The notes below the pieces were generated by a model. That model searched no databases and had not been told where the DNA came from. It saw only the letters and a program-made list of their open reading frames with translations. A DNA stretch of 50,337 bases, taken from Bacteroidales bacterium. Lineage in GTDB: Bacteria; Bacteroidota; Bacteroidia; Bacteroidales; Bacteroidaceae. The position numbers and the translations under genes were made by a program. The DNA is taken from the NCBI GenBank assembly GCA_030523705.1, contig JAUNHZ010000002.1:1-50337 (forward strand), in the 5' to 3' direction. Shown here piece after piece: positions 17,147 through 26,655 of the stretch; position 1 is the first letter of the stretch; every line of letters starts with the position of its first letter.

Positions 17147-18013
17147 ATGAAGACATTGCAGAATGAAAAACTGACCATCCAGGTATCATCGCATGGAGCT
17201 GAGCTCTGCAGCCTGATGGCCCATGGCAAAGAGTATTTGTGGCAGGCAGATCCTGCATTTTGGAAACGCCATTCACCAGTGCTGTTCCCTATTGTGGGAG
17301 GTGTGTGGGAAAATGAATATCGTGTAGATGGAACCACCTATCCACTTTCACAGCATGGTTTTGCCCGTGACATGGACTTCACTTTGGTAAAGGAAGAAGC
17401 CGATGAGGTACAGTATGAACTTCAGTCCAGTGATGAGACGCTGAAGAAATATCCATTCCAGTTCAAGCTTCAGATTGGTTATAAACTTATTGATGATAAG
17501 GTTCGCGTGATGTGGCAGGTAACTAATGCCGATGACAAGGACATCTGGTTCCAGATTGGTGCGCATCCGGCATTCTATTTCCCATATTATGGTACTGAGA
17601 CCGACGACCGTGGTTTCTTTGGTTTTGACAAGCAGGACATCAACTATATCCGCCTGTCCGAGAAAGGATGTGCAGATCCAACCGTACACTATCAGGTACC
17701 TTTGGAGGACGGCTTCTTGCCATTGAACACCCATACCTTTGATATTGACACTTTTATTATTGAGGATTCCCAGTTGAAAGAGGTTACCCTCTACGACCTC
17801 CAGAAGCAGCCAGTCTTAGGCGTTCAGTTCGATGCCCCATTGGTAGGCTTATGGTCGCCACCAACTAAGAATGCCCCATTTGTTTGTATTGAACCATGGT
17901 ACGGACGTTGCGACAGAGCCCATTTTACTGGAGACTATAAAGAAAAAGACTGGATTCAGCATCTGCCAGTAGGAGGCGTGTTCCAGGCAAGTTACGACAT
18001 AAAGATTTATTGA
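17147..18013 (+). CDS. Aldose 1-epimerase family protein (mutarotase-like)
   Basis: WKRHSPVLFPIVGG, LSQHGFARD and GAHPAF resemble the aldose_epim fold. Confidence 0.85.
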   Translation: MKTLQNEKLTIQVSSHGAELCSLMAHGKEYLWQADPAFWKRHSPVLFPIVGGVWENEYRVDGTTYPLSQHGFARDMDFTLVKEEADEVQYELQSSDETLKKYPFQFKLQIGYKLIDDKVRVMWQVTNADDKDIWFQIGAHPAFYFPYYGTETDDRGFFGFDKQDINYIRLSEKGCADPTVHYQVPLEDGFLPLNTHTFDIDTFIIEDSQLKEVTLYDLQKQPVLGVQFDAPLVGLWSPPTKNAPFVCIEPWYGRCDRAHFTGDYKEKDWIQHLPVGGVFQASYDIKIY

Positions 18014-18024
18014 TATTGATATAG

Positions 18025-19329
18025 ATGAGTAAAGAGAGTCAACCAAAGCCTTGGGCAAAACATCCCTGGATGTCCTTGTCGCCACTTGTGGTATTTCTGC
18101 TGCTGTATCTGGTGACCAGCATCTTGCTGAATGATTTTTACAAGGTTCCGATAACTGTAGCGTTCATGTTTTCGTCCATCTATGCCATCCTGATAACCAG
18201 GGGCATACCGTTGGATAAACGCATTGCACATTTCTCAGAAGGAGCCGGAAACCGGAACATGATGCTCATGATCTGGATTTTCGTGCTGGCAGGAGCCTTT
18301 GCCCAGTCCGCCAAGAACATGGGGTCTATTGATGCCACCGTGAACCTGACCCTGCATATCCTGCCAGAGAATATGCTGTTGCCTGGCCTGTTCCTGGCAG
18401 CTTGCTTCATCTCTCTCTCCATTGGAACGTCGGTAGGTACGATTGTGGCCCTGACCCCTGTGGCTGTGGGCATTTCCCAGCAGACAGGCTGTGTGCTGCC
18501 CCTGATTGTAGCTACCGTGGTGGGAGGTGCTTTCTTTGGTGATAATCTGTCGTTTATCTCCGATACCACCATCATAGCCACCCAGACCCAAGGCTGTAGG
18601 ATGCGCGACAAATTCCTGGTGAACTGCAGAATTGTAGTGCCGGCAGCCTTACTGGTACTCATCCTATATATTATATTAGGTGCAGATATCCATGCCCCTA
18701 AAGTCCTTCCCGAGGTAGAGTGGGTGAAAGTCATCCCATATCTGGCCGTCCTCATTACAGCCGTATGGGGCCTGAACGTCATGGCCGTACTGCTCTTGGG
18801 TGTCCTGCTCACCGGTGTGGTAGGCATGGGCGGAGGATATGTGAGCTTCTGGGATTGGTTTGGCAGCATGGGCGAAGGCATCTTAGGCATGGGTGAGCTC
18901 ATCATCATAACCCTCATGGCAGGAGGTATGCTGGAACTCATCCGCTACAACGGAGGTATAGAGTATCTGACTAGCCTGCTGACCAAAAGCGTGCGAGGTA
19001 AGCGAGGTGCCGAATACTGCATTGGCTTTCTGGTCATGCTGGCCGACATGTGTACGGCAAACAATACCGTAGCCATTATAACCGTGGGCCCGATAGCCAA
19101 CAACATAGCCACCCGTTTTGGCGTGGACAAGCGCAAGAGCGCCAGTATCCTGGATACGTTCAGCTGTTTTGCGCAAGGGCTGATTCCTTACGGAGCCCAG
19201 ATGCTCATGGCCGCCGGACTGGCACAGCTGGCACCTACAGCCATCATGGGATATCTCTATTATCCGTTTGCCATAGGAGCAGCTGCATTCTTGAGTATTT
19301 TATTCAGGTACCCTAAAAAGTACAGCTAA
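18025..19329 (+). CDS. Na+/H+ antiporter, NhaC family
   Basis: The 434-aa polytopic protein carries NhaC-like segments: MIWIFVLAGAFAQSAKNMG, GGAFFGDNLSFISDTTI and CFAQGLIPYGAQMLMA. Confidence 0.87.
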   Translation: MSKESQPKPWAKHPWMSLSPLVVFLLLYLVTSILLNDFYKVPITVAFMFSSIYAILITRGIPLDKRIAHFSEGAGNRNMMLMIWIFVLAGAFAQSAKNMGSIDATVNLTLHILPENMLLPGLFLAACFISLSIGTSVGTIVALTPVAVGISQQTGCVLPLIVATVVGGAFFGDNLSFISDTTIIATQTQGCRMRDKFLVNCRIVVPAALLVLILYIILGADIHAPKVLPEVEWVKVIPYLAVLITAVWGLNVMAVLLLGVLLTGVVGMGGGYVSFWDWFGSMGEGILGMGELIIITLMAGGMLELIRYNGGIEYLTSLLTKSVRGKRGAEYCIGFLVMLADMCTANNTVAIITVGPIANNIATRFGVDKRKSASILDTFSCFAQGLIPYGAQMLMAAGLAQLAPTAIMGYLYYPFAIGAAAFLSILFRYPKKYS

Positions 19330-19418
19330 TCCGGGATAAAAAAGAAGGAATACAACCTAATTTTAAAGGAAATTCAAATTATTTCTTGTTTTAATGTGCT
19401 TAAAATTAGAAATATTTG

Positions 19419-19426
19419 TATCTTTG
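19419..19426 (+). promoter_or_regulatory. -7 box TATCTTTG (yceD-rpmF)
   Basis: TATCTTTGCACCCC lies 33 nt upstream of the ATG at 19459. Confidence 0.55.
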
Positions 19427-19458
19427 CACCCCGAATCGGATTTTGGCTTTAAAAGATT

Positions 19459-20040
19459 ATGGATTATTTGTCGCAGTTTCAATTCAATATCCTGGGTCTG
19501 AATAAGGATTCTTATGAATTTGAATTTCAGTTAGACTCAGCATTTTTTGAGGCTGTGGAGAGTCCTGAAGTGAAAGACGGAAATTTGAAAACCACCATCT
19601 CCTTGATGAGATTGGCCGAAGGCTCTTTTTCATTCACCTTTCACTCCATCGGAACAGTAAAAGTCCTGTGTGACCGCTGCCTGGATGAGATGGACTATCC
19701 AATTGACACCCAAGATTCCCTGATATTGAAGCTAGGGTCAGATTACTCGGAAGATGACGATGTCATCACCATTCCTGAAGAGGAAGGTGTTTTTGACACA
19801 GCTTCGTACATCTACCAGTTCATCATGTTGGACATCCCAATCAAACATGTGCATGCACCTGGAAAATGCAACGCAGAAATGATGGAACAGTTGAAACAAC
19901 ATCTAGCGATCCGAAGTAATGAGGAAGATGACGACATGGAAATGGAAGATGAGGAAGATGCCGTAGAGGACACAAACGATGACAGACCCATAGATCCGAG
20001 ATGGAGTGAATTACTGAAAATAAAAAATAACAAAAATTAA
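19459..20040 (+). CDS. yceD: YceD/DUF177 family protein (23S rRNA accumulation protein) with an acidic C-terminal tail
   Basis: It sits directly upstream of rpmF, has the CDRCLDEM...PGKC cysteine pattern, and carries the tail NEEDDDMEMEDEEDAVEDTNDD. Confidence 0.85.
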   Translation: MDYLSQFQFNILGLNKDSYEFEFQLDSAFFEAVESPEVKDGNLKTTISLMRLAEGSFSFTFHSIGTVKVLCDRCLDEMDYPIDTQDSLILKLGSDYSEDDDVITIPEEEGVFDTASYIYQFIMLDIPIKHVHAPGKCNAEMMEQLKQHLAIRSNEEDDDMEMEDEEDAVEDTNDDRPIDPRWSELLKIKNNKN

Positions 20041-20052
20041 AGCTTTAAGAAA

Positions 20053-20238
20053 ATGGCACATCCTAAAAGAAGACAGTCTAAGACTAGAACTGCAAAGAGA
20101 AGAACCCATGATGTAGCAGTTGCTCCAACATTGGCAGTTTGCCCAAATTGCGGTGAGTTCTATGTTTACCACACTGTTTGCCCTTCATGCGGTTATTACA
20201 GAGGTAAGGTAGCAATCGTTAAGGAAGAGGCTATCTAA
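20053..20238 (+). CDS. rpmF: 50S ribosomal protein L32
   Basis: MAHPKRRQSKTRTAKRRTH followed by the CPNCGE...CPSCG zinc ribbon. Confidence 0.96.
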   Translation: MAHPKRRQSKTRTAKRRTHDVAVAPTLAVCPNCGEFYVYHTVCPSCGYYRGKVAIVKEEAI

Positions 20239-20255
20239 GATTGTAAAGACTAACG

Positions 20256-20297
20256 GCCAGGGAACAGACGTGTTCCCCGGCTTCTTTTGTTTTTTTA
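20256..20297 (+). terminator. Intrinsic terminator after rpmF
   Basis: GCCAGGGAACA-GACG-TGTTCCCCGGC forms an 11-bp stem with one mismatch, followed by TTCTTTTGTTTTTTT. Confidence 0.75.
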
Positions 20298-20310
20298 GAA
20301 ACGTTACAAA

Positions 20311-21318
20311 ATGGAAAAAATACATGCAGTAATTACAGGTGTTGGAGGTTATGTTCCAGACTATGTACTTACAAATGAGGAGCTGTCTCACATGGTAGAC
20401 ACTACCGACGAATGGATCATGACCCGTATTGGCGTGAAAGAGCGTCGTATCTTGAAAGAGGAAGGACTGGGAACTTCATACATGGCTAGAAAGGCTTGTA
20501 AACAGTTGCTCCAGAAGACAGGCGTAGACCCAGAGTCTATTGACTGTGTGATTGTCACTACCTCTACTGCAGACTATCATTTCCCATCTTGTGCTTCAAT
20601 CGTTGTAGGAAAGTGCGGCTTGAAGAATGCATTTGCTTTTGAGTATTCTGCTGCTTGCTGTGGTTTCTTGTATGCAATGGATACAGCATCTTGTATGATT
20701 GAGAGCGGCCGTTACAAGAAAATTATTGTAATTGGTGCCGACAAGATGTCATCTGTAGTAAATTATAAGGATCGTGCAACTTGCCCTATCTTTGGTGATG
20801 GTGCTGCTGCAGTCCTGATTGAGCCAACTACAGAAGAGGTGGGTCTGGTAGATTCACACCTGGTTTGTGACGGTCAGGGACTTCCATTCCTGCACTTGGC
20901 TGCTGGTGGCTCTGTTTGTCCTCCATCATATTTCACCATTGACAATGGTATGCATTACATTCACCAGGAAGGCCGTACCGTATTTAAGTATGCCGTTACC
21001 AACATGAGTGACTGTTGTGCAAAGATTGCAGAGCGTAACGGTTTGAACAAGGATAACATTGCCTGGGTTATTCCTCATCAGGCAAATGTACGTATCATTG
21101 AGGCTGTTGCAAATAGATTGGAACTGTCCATGGACAAGGTCATGATGAACATTCAGCATTATGGTAACACCAGTGCTGCTACATTGCCACTCTGTCTCTG
21201 GGAGTTTGAAAAGAACCTGAAGAAGGGAGATAACCTTATCTTTACCGCATTCGGTGCCGGATTTGTCTATGGCGCGTCTTATGTGAAGTGGGGTTATAAT
21301 GGCGACGGAACTAAGTAA
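20311..21318 (+). CDS. fabH: Beta-ketoacyl-ACP synthase III
   Basis: [26 protein letters not shown], active-site SAACCGF, and HQANVRII...GNTSAATLP. Confidence 0.95.
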   Translation: MEKIHAVITGVGGYVPDYVLTNEELSHMVDTTDEWIMTRIGVKERRILKEEGLGTSYMARKACKQLLQKTGVDPESIDCVIVTTSTADYHFPSCASIVVGKCGLKNAFAFEYSAACCGFLYAMDTASCMIESGRYKKIIVIGADKMSSVVNYKDRATCPIFGDGAAAVLIEPTTEEVGLVDSHLVCDGQGLPFLHLAAGGSVCPPSYFTIDNGMHYIHQEGRTVFKYAVTNMSDCCAKIAERNGLNKDNIAWVIPHQANVRIIEAVANRLELSMDKVMMNIQHYGNTSAATLPLCLWEFEKNLKKGDNLIFTAFGAGFVYGASYVKWGYNGDGTK

Positions 21319-21397
21319 TAAAACAACCAACAAATAACACTTAAGGACGCATTACTCAATTTAAAGATTGACCAATGCGTTCTTTTGTCTTTTAATT

Positions 21398-22282
21398 ATG
21401 CATAAAGCAGGTTTTGTAAATATCGTAGGAAATCCAAATGTGGGAAAGTCCACATTGATGAATTTGCTGGTGGGGGAGCGTATCTCTATTGCTACGTTCA
21501 AGGCCCAGACCACCCGACACAGAATCATGGGTATTGTGAATACCGATGAGATGCAGATTGTGTTCTCTGATACTCCGGGTGTACTGAAGCCAAACTATAA
21601 GCTGCAGGAGTCTATGCTCCATTTCTCACAGTCAGCCCTGGTAGATGCCGACGTGCTGATTTACGTGACAGACACCGTGGAGCAGGCCGACAAAAACGAG
21701 GATTTCATTGAGCGTGTGCGCACCATCCAGGCTCCCGTCATTGTGCTGATTAACAAGATAGACTTGAGTAATCAGAAAGACCTGGGCGACCTGGTGGAGA
21801 AATGGCATGCCTTGCTTCCTTCGGCAGAGATTATCCCAATCTCGGCTACTAACCGCTTCAATGTGGATGTGGTTATGCGCAGAATCAAGGAACTGCTGCC
21901 AGACTCACCTCCTTTCTTCGATAAGGACCAGTGGACCGACAAACCTGCCCGCTTCTTTGTGACTGAGATTATCCGTGAAAAGATTCTGCTCTATTACGAC
22001 AAGGAAATCCCTTATGCCGTAGAAGTGTCAGTGGAAAGCTTTAAGGAGGACGACAAGAAGATCCTGATCGATGCCGTCATTTATGTAGAGCGTGAGTCTC
22101 AAAAGGGAATCATCATCGGTCATCAGGGAGTAGCCATCAAGAAGGTCATGTCCGAGGCCCGGAAAGAGCTGGAGCGCTTCTTTGGCAAGTCCATCTTCCT
22201 GAAGAGTTTTGTGAAGGTTGATAAGGACTGGAGAAGCAACGACAAGGAACTCCGGAACTTTGGATACAACCTGGAAGATTAA
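21398..22282 (+). CDS. era: GTPase Era
   Basis: The track ORF begins at TTG 21368. The ATG at 21398 gives [22 protein letters not shown] (G1), DTPG (G3), NKID (G4) and a C-terminal KH domain. Confidence 0.95.
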   Translation: MHKAGFVNIVGNPNVGKSTLMNLLVGERISIATFKAQTTRHRIMGIVNTDEMQIVFSDTPGVLKPNYKLQESMLHFSQSALVDADVLIYVTDTVEQADKNEDFIERVRTIQAPVIVLINKIDLSNQKDLGDLVEKWHALLPSAEIIPISATNRFNVDVVMRRIKELLPDSPPFFDKDQWTDKPARFFVTEIIREKILLYYDKEIPYAVEVSVESFKEDDKKILIDAVIYVERESQKGIIIGHQGVAIKKVMSEARKELERFFGKSIFLKSFVKVDKDWRSNDKELRNFGYNLED

Positions 22283-22343
22283 AAGACAGAATAGATTAGG
22301 AGGGGCGAAAGCCCTGGATTATTAACCCAACAATAAAAGTAGA

Positions 22344-23657
22344 ATGGGAAATTTAGTAGCAATTGTGGGACGCCCGAATGTGGGTAAGTCTACACTGTTT
22401 AACCGACTGACTCAAACTCGTCATGCCATTGTGAGCGATGTGGCTGGTACTACACGCGACCGTCAGTATGGCCGTTGTGAGTGGGGCGGAAAAGAGTTCT
22501 CTGTAGTGGATACAGGGGGCTGGGTCGTTAATTCCGACGACGTATTTGAGGAAGAGATTCGCAAGCAGGTGAAGCTGGCCATCGATGAGTCTGATGTTAT
22601 TCTGTTTGTGGTGGATGTGGAGAATGGAATCACGGATCTGGACGATGAGGTGGCAGGCATCTTGCGTCGTTCCAAGACACCTGTAATTCTGGTAGCCAAC
22701 AAAGCCGATAACAATCAGGATCAGTATGCAGCTGCAGAGTTCTATTCATTCGGACTGGGTGAGCCTTATTGTATTTCTGCTTTGACGGGTAGTGGTACAG
22801 GTGACTTGCTGGATTTGATCCTGACTAAGTTTACTTCTCAGCTGGATGCGGTAGTAGAGGATGATATCCCTCGTTTCGCCGTAGTGGGAAGACCAAATGC
22901 AGGTAAGTCGTCTATTGTCAATGCATTTATTGGTGAGGAGCGTAATGTGGTGACCGACATTGCCGGTACTACCCGTGACTCTATCTATACAAAATATAAC
23001 AAGTTTGGTTTTGAGTTCTATCTAGTAGATACTGCAGGTATCCGCAAGAAGAACAAGGTGAACGAGGACCTGGAGTTCTATTCCGTGATGCGTTCCATCC
23101 GTGCCATTGAGAACGCCGACGTGTGCGTGCTGATGGTGGATGCAACCCGTGGAATTGAAGGTCAGGACCTGAATATCTTCTCTCTGATTCAGAAGAACCA
23201 GAAGGGTTTGGTGGTTGTGGTCAACAAGTGGGACTTGGTGGAGGACAAGAGCGACAAGGTTATCAAGACCTTTGAGAATGCCATTCGTGAGCGTCTGGCT
23301 CCATTTACTGATTTCCCTATCATTTTTGCATCGGCTGTTACCAAGCAGAGAATCTTCAAGGTGCTGGAGTGTGCGGAGCAGGTGTATAAGAACCGTACCA
23401 ACCGTATCCCAACCTCTAAGCTGAACGAGGAGATGCTTCCATTGATTGAGGCTTATCCACCACCATCAAACAAGGGTAAGTACATTAAGATCAAGTATTG
23501 TATGCAGTTGCCAGGCACACAGATTCCATCGTTTGTGTTCTTTGCCAACCTGCCACAGTATGTAAAGGAGCCTTACCGTCGTTTCCTGGAGAACCAGATG
23601 CGCCAGCGTTGGAACTTCTCAGGAACACCAATCAATATCTTTATTCGCCAGAAATAA
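22344..23657 (+). CDS. der: Ribosome-biogenesis GTPase Der/EngA (tandem G domains)
   Basis: Two G domains are present: [12 protein letters not shown]...DTGG...NKAD and [12 protein letters not shown]...DTAG...NKWD. Confidence 0.96.
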   Translation: MGNLVAIVGRPNVGKSTLFNRLTQTRHAIVSDVAGTTRDRQYGRCEWGGKEFSVVDTGGWVVNSDDVFEEEIRKQVKLAIDESDVILFVVDVENGITDLDDEVAGILRRSKTPVILVANKADNNQDQYAAAEFYSFGLGEPYCISALTGSGTGDLLDLILTKFTSQLDAVVEDDIPRFAVVGRPNAGKSSIVNAFIGEERNVVTDIAGTTRDSIYTKYNKFGFEFYLVDTAGIRKKNKVNEDLEFYSVMRSIRAIENADVCVLMVDATRGIEGQDLNIFSLIQKNQKGLVVVVNKWDLVEDKSDKVIKTFENAIRERLAPFTDFPIIFASAVTKQRIFKVLECAEQVYKNRTNRIPTSKLNEEMLPLIEAYPPPSNKGKYIKIKYCMQLPGTQIPSFVFFANLPQYVKEPYRRFLENQMRQRWNFSGTPINIFIRQK

Positions 23658-24049
23658 TGAAAAATAAAGTAGCTATCATAGCATTTCTGTGTCTGCTCTC
23701 ACTGACCTCTTGTGGTGAGAGTGGACCTGGCGATGCGTTTATGAAATATGCCGGCAAGGCCATCAATGGTCATTTTGATGAATTGGCCAAGGAGTGTCTC
23801 ATCTTGGTGGACACGCTGGAAGTGACAAATGACAGTCTGGCTATCCAACTGATGGATAGCTATAAGAAAGATTTGGAACTGAAATTCCAGGGTGTAAAGT
23901 CGGCCGAAGTCCTGCAAGACTCCGTTTACGAGAATGGCCAGAAAGCCGATATCCGTGTCCGCTTGAAGTTTGGAAACGGCCAGGAGGAAGAGACCGAATA
24001 CGAAATGCGTAAAGTGGATGGCTCGTGGAAGATTAATTTGTCGTTATAA
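23657..24049 (+). CDS. Small lipoprotein (130 aa), unknown function
   Basis: The internal Met of the 23498 track ORF gives [21 protein letters not shown], an SpII lipobox. Its ATG overlaps the der stop as TAATG. Confidence 0.72.
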   Translation: MKNKVAIIAFLCLLSLTSCGESGPGDAFMKYAGKAINGHFDELAKECLILVDTLEVTNDSLAIQLMDSYKKDLELKFQGVKSAEVLQDSVYENGQKADIRVRLKFGNGQEEETEYEMRKVDGSWKINLSL

Positions 24050-24061
24050 CCTCCGGGTTAT
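24046..24061. terminator. Short hairpin spanning both convergent stop codons (lipoprotein gene / mlaF-like gene)
   Basis: ATAACC-TCCG-GGTTAT forms a 6-bp stem. Only 8 nt separate the two stop codons. Confidence 0.3.
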
Positions 24062-24819
24062 TTAATGACAATGGAATCTTTCACCTGTCTAAGCATATCC
24101 GAAGCAAAGACGAAATTGTTCAGTCGCTCGTTGGTAGATTTCACTACCTCAAACTTATTTCCTTCCCATTCTTTTTGTCCTTCGTAGATGTAGATGATGT
24201 TCTCTCCAATGCCAAGGACAGAATTCATATCGTGCGTATTGATGATAGTGGTCATGCCGTATTCCGAAGTGATGTCATGAATCAGTGCATCGATAACCAA
24301 TGAAGTCTTAGGGTCCAGACCAGAGTTTGGCTCATCGCAGAACAGGTACTTAGGGTTCAGCGCAATGGCTCTGGCTATAGCCACACGCTTCTGCATACCA
24401 CCAGAGATCTCTCCAGGGAATTTATGCTCAGCTTCCAGCAAGTTCACACGGTCCAGACAGAATTCCGCACGTTTCTTGCGGTCGCGATACGTATCGTTAG
24501 AGAACATATCCAGAGGGAACATCACGTTCTCCAACACGCTCAGAGAGTCGAATAAGGCAGCACTCTGGAAAATCATGCCCATTTCCCTGCGCAACAGCAT
24601 CTTATCTTTTTTAGGGAGAGCCGTGAAGTCTCTTCCATCGTATAAGATTTTTCCACTGGTAGGTTCCAGCAAGCCTACGATATTTCTCATCAATACCGTC
24701 TTTCCGGAACCACTCTGACCAATGATCAAGTTAGTGATTCCCTCTTTGAACTGGGCGCTAATGCCTTTCAGTACTTCTTTTTCTTCAAAAGATTTATGAA
24801 CGTCTATCAATTCAATCAT
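24058..24819 (-). CDS. mlaF: ABC transporter ATP-binding protein, MlaF-like
   Basis: Walker A GQSGSGKTVL, signature ISGGMQKRVAIARA, Walker B YLFCDEPNSGLD. It abuts the MlaE-like permease gene with no gap. Confidence 0.87.
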   Translation of the reverse strand: MIELIDVHKSFEEKEVLKGISAQFKEGITNLIIGQSGSGKTVLMRNIVGLLEPTSGKILYDGRDFTALPKKDKMLLRREMGMIFQSAALFDSLSVLENVMFPLDMFSNDTYRDRKKRAEFCLDRVNLLEAEHKFPGEISGGMQKRVAIARAIALNPKYLFCDEPNSGLDPKTSLVIDALIHDITSEYGMTTIINTHDMNSVLGIGENIIYIYEGQKEWEGNKFEVVKSTNERLNNFVFASDMLRQVKDSIVIK

Positions 24820-25566
24820 TTAGGTCAGTATTTGAGGGAGGAATAAGTCGGAGAACAAAATAAAGATACTGCTTTTCACCACCGCATCCGTGCTGGCTTT
24901 ACCCACCTCGATGGAACCACCCTCTACGGTATATCCGAAGAACGAAGACACGCTGGCAATGATGAACGCAAATACCACGGATTTGATGACACTGGCCCAA
25001 ATGAACCACGAGTTGAAGCTATATTGCAAGCCATAGGTTAAATCCTCGGCCTGCAAAATTCCCCCGAACCAAGCCGTGCAGTAGGCTCCCAATATACCCG
25101 AGGCGATACTGAAGACCACCAGGATAGGGATCATGGTCATCAGGCCCACAATCTTGGGCAAAATGAGGTAGCATGCTGAATTTACACCCATGATCTCCAA
25201 GGCATCGATTTGCTGGGTTACCCTCATGGTGCCCAATTCCGATGCAATGTTGGAACCCACCTTACCCGCCAGGATCAGACACATGATGGAAGATGAAAAC
25301 TCCAGCAGCATGATTTCGCGGGTGGTATAACCAGTTACAAAACGAGGCATCCACGGACTCTGGATGTTCAGCTTGATCTGGATGCAGATCACCGCTCCGA
25401 TGAAGAATGAAATGAGCAGTACGATGCCGATGGAGTTGATACCCAACTGAATCAGCTCAGCTCTGTATTGTTTGAGGAACATGATCATACGCTCAGGACG
25501 GGAGAGTGTTCTTCCCATGAGCTGCATGTATCTTCCTACGTCTATAAGCCACTTGAATACTATCAT
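24820..25566 (-). CDS. mlaE: MlaE-family ABC transporter permease
   Basis: The 248-aa protein contains the MlaE-typical stretch GSNIASELGTMRVTQQIDALEIMGVN. Confidence 0.87.
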   Translation of the reverse strand: MIVFKWLIDVGRYMQLMGRTLSRPERMIMFLKQYRAELIQLGINSIGIVLLISFFIGAVICIQIKLNIQSPWMPRFVTGYTTREIMLLEFSSSIMCLILAGKVGSNIASELGTMRVTQQIDALEIMGVNSACYLILPKIVGLMTMIPILVVFSIASGILGAYCTAWFGGILQAEDLTYGLQYSFNSWFIWASVIKSVVFAFIIASVSSFFGYTVEGGSIEVGKASTDAVVKSSIFILFSDLFLPQILT

Positions 25567-25583
25567 TGTCTAGAATTTGTTGG

Positions 25584-25591
25584 CAAAATTA
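25584..25591 (-). promoter_or_regulatory. -7 box TAATTTTG (mlaEF)
   Basis: Plus-strand CAAAATTA, 18 nt upstream of the start at 25566. Confidence 0.5.
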
Positions 25592-25665
25592 CTCAATTTC
25601 ATCAAAAATGAGTCATGTGTGGAATAGTTTTTCTTTCCCAAGCGCAGTTTTAACCACAAAATTAG

Positions 25666-25673
25666 TATTTTTG
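25666..25673 (+). promoter_or_regulatory. -7 box TATTTTTG (lptB)
   Basis: TATTTTTGCAC lies 19 nt upstream of the ATG at 25692. Confidence 0.5.
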
Positions 25674-25691
25674 CACTCTAAAATCTAAGAT

Positions 25692-26540
25692 ATGGACGTT
25701 CAGTTAGAAGCGCAAGATAAACAGGACAGCTTGGTGTTAAGCGCCAAAGGTCTGGTGAAGGTATATGGAAAGCGTACGGTGGTGAATAATGTAGAGTTCA
25801 ACGTGCGCCAAGGAGAAATTGTGGGTTTGCTGGGACCAAATGGTGCCGGTAAGACTACATCGTTCTATATGACTACCGGTTTGATTGTCCCTAACAGTGG
25901 CCATATCTATCTGGATCATGGAGAGCAGCAGAATGAGATTACCTCTTATCCGGTGTACAAGCGAGCACAGGCTGGCATTGGCTATCTGGCACAGGAGGCT
26001 AGCGTGTTCCGCAAGATGTCCGTAGAGGATAATATCGCCTCAGTCCTGGAGATGACCGGCAAGTCAAGGGAGTATCAGAAAGAGAAACTGGAGAGCTTGA
26101 TAGCCGAGTTCCGCTTGCAGAAAGTACGCAAGAACCTGGGCGACCAGTTGTCCGGAGGAGAGCGACGAAGAACAGAGATTGCCCGTTGCTTGGCCATCGA
26201 CCCTAAGTTCATCATGCTTGATGAGCCATTTGCCGGTGTGGACCCTATTGCCGTTGAAGATATTCAGCACATTGTCTGGAAGTTGAAGGACAAGAATATA
26301 GGCATCTTGATAACCGACCATAACGTACAGGAGACCCTTTGTATCACGGACCGAGCTTATCTGCTTTTTGAAGGAAAGATCCTGTTCCAGGGGACTCCGG
26401 AAGAGTTGGCTCAGAACAAGATTGTCCGTGAAAAATACCTGGGAAGTGCATTTGAACTCCGCAAGAAAGACTTCCAGCTCATCGATGCAGAACGTGAACA
26501 ACGCGAGCGAGATTCCGAGAAAGAAAATGTAAAAGGTTAA
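25692..26540 (+). CDS. lptB: LPS export ABC transporter ATP-binding protein
   Basis: GLLGPNGAGKTT, GIGYLAQEASVFRKMSVEDN, LSGGERRRTEIARCLA, and a charged C-terminal extension. Confidence 0.9.
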   Translation: MDVQLEAQDKQDSLVLSAKGLVKVYGKRTVVNNVEFNVRQGEIVGLLGPNGAGKTTSFYMTTGLIVPNSGHIYLDHGEQQNEITSYPVYKRAQAGIGYLAQEASVFRKMSVEDNIASVLEMTGKSREYQKEKLESLIAEFRLQKVRKNLGDQLSGGERRRTEIARCLAIDPKFIMLDEPFAGVDPIAVEDIQHIVWKLKDKNIGILITDHNVQETLCITDRAYLLFEGKILFQGTPEELAQNKIVREKYLGSAFELRKKDFQLIDAEREQRERDSEKENVKG

Positions 26541-26589
26541 GATAAAGTAATTTTATCGTTGAAAATTTGATTATCTAAAAGATAAGCAT

Positions 26590-26597
26590 TAATTTTG
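26590..26597 (+). promoter_or_regulatory. -7 box TAATTTTG (tig)
   Basis: TAATTTTGCATG is followed by the leader hairpin CCCTTTT-GG-AAAAGGG at 26602-26617. Confidence 0.5.
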
Positions 26598-26655
26598 CAT
26601 GCCCTTTTGGAAAAGGGTATATTATAAGGTATAATCATTAAAGAATAAATATCGA

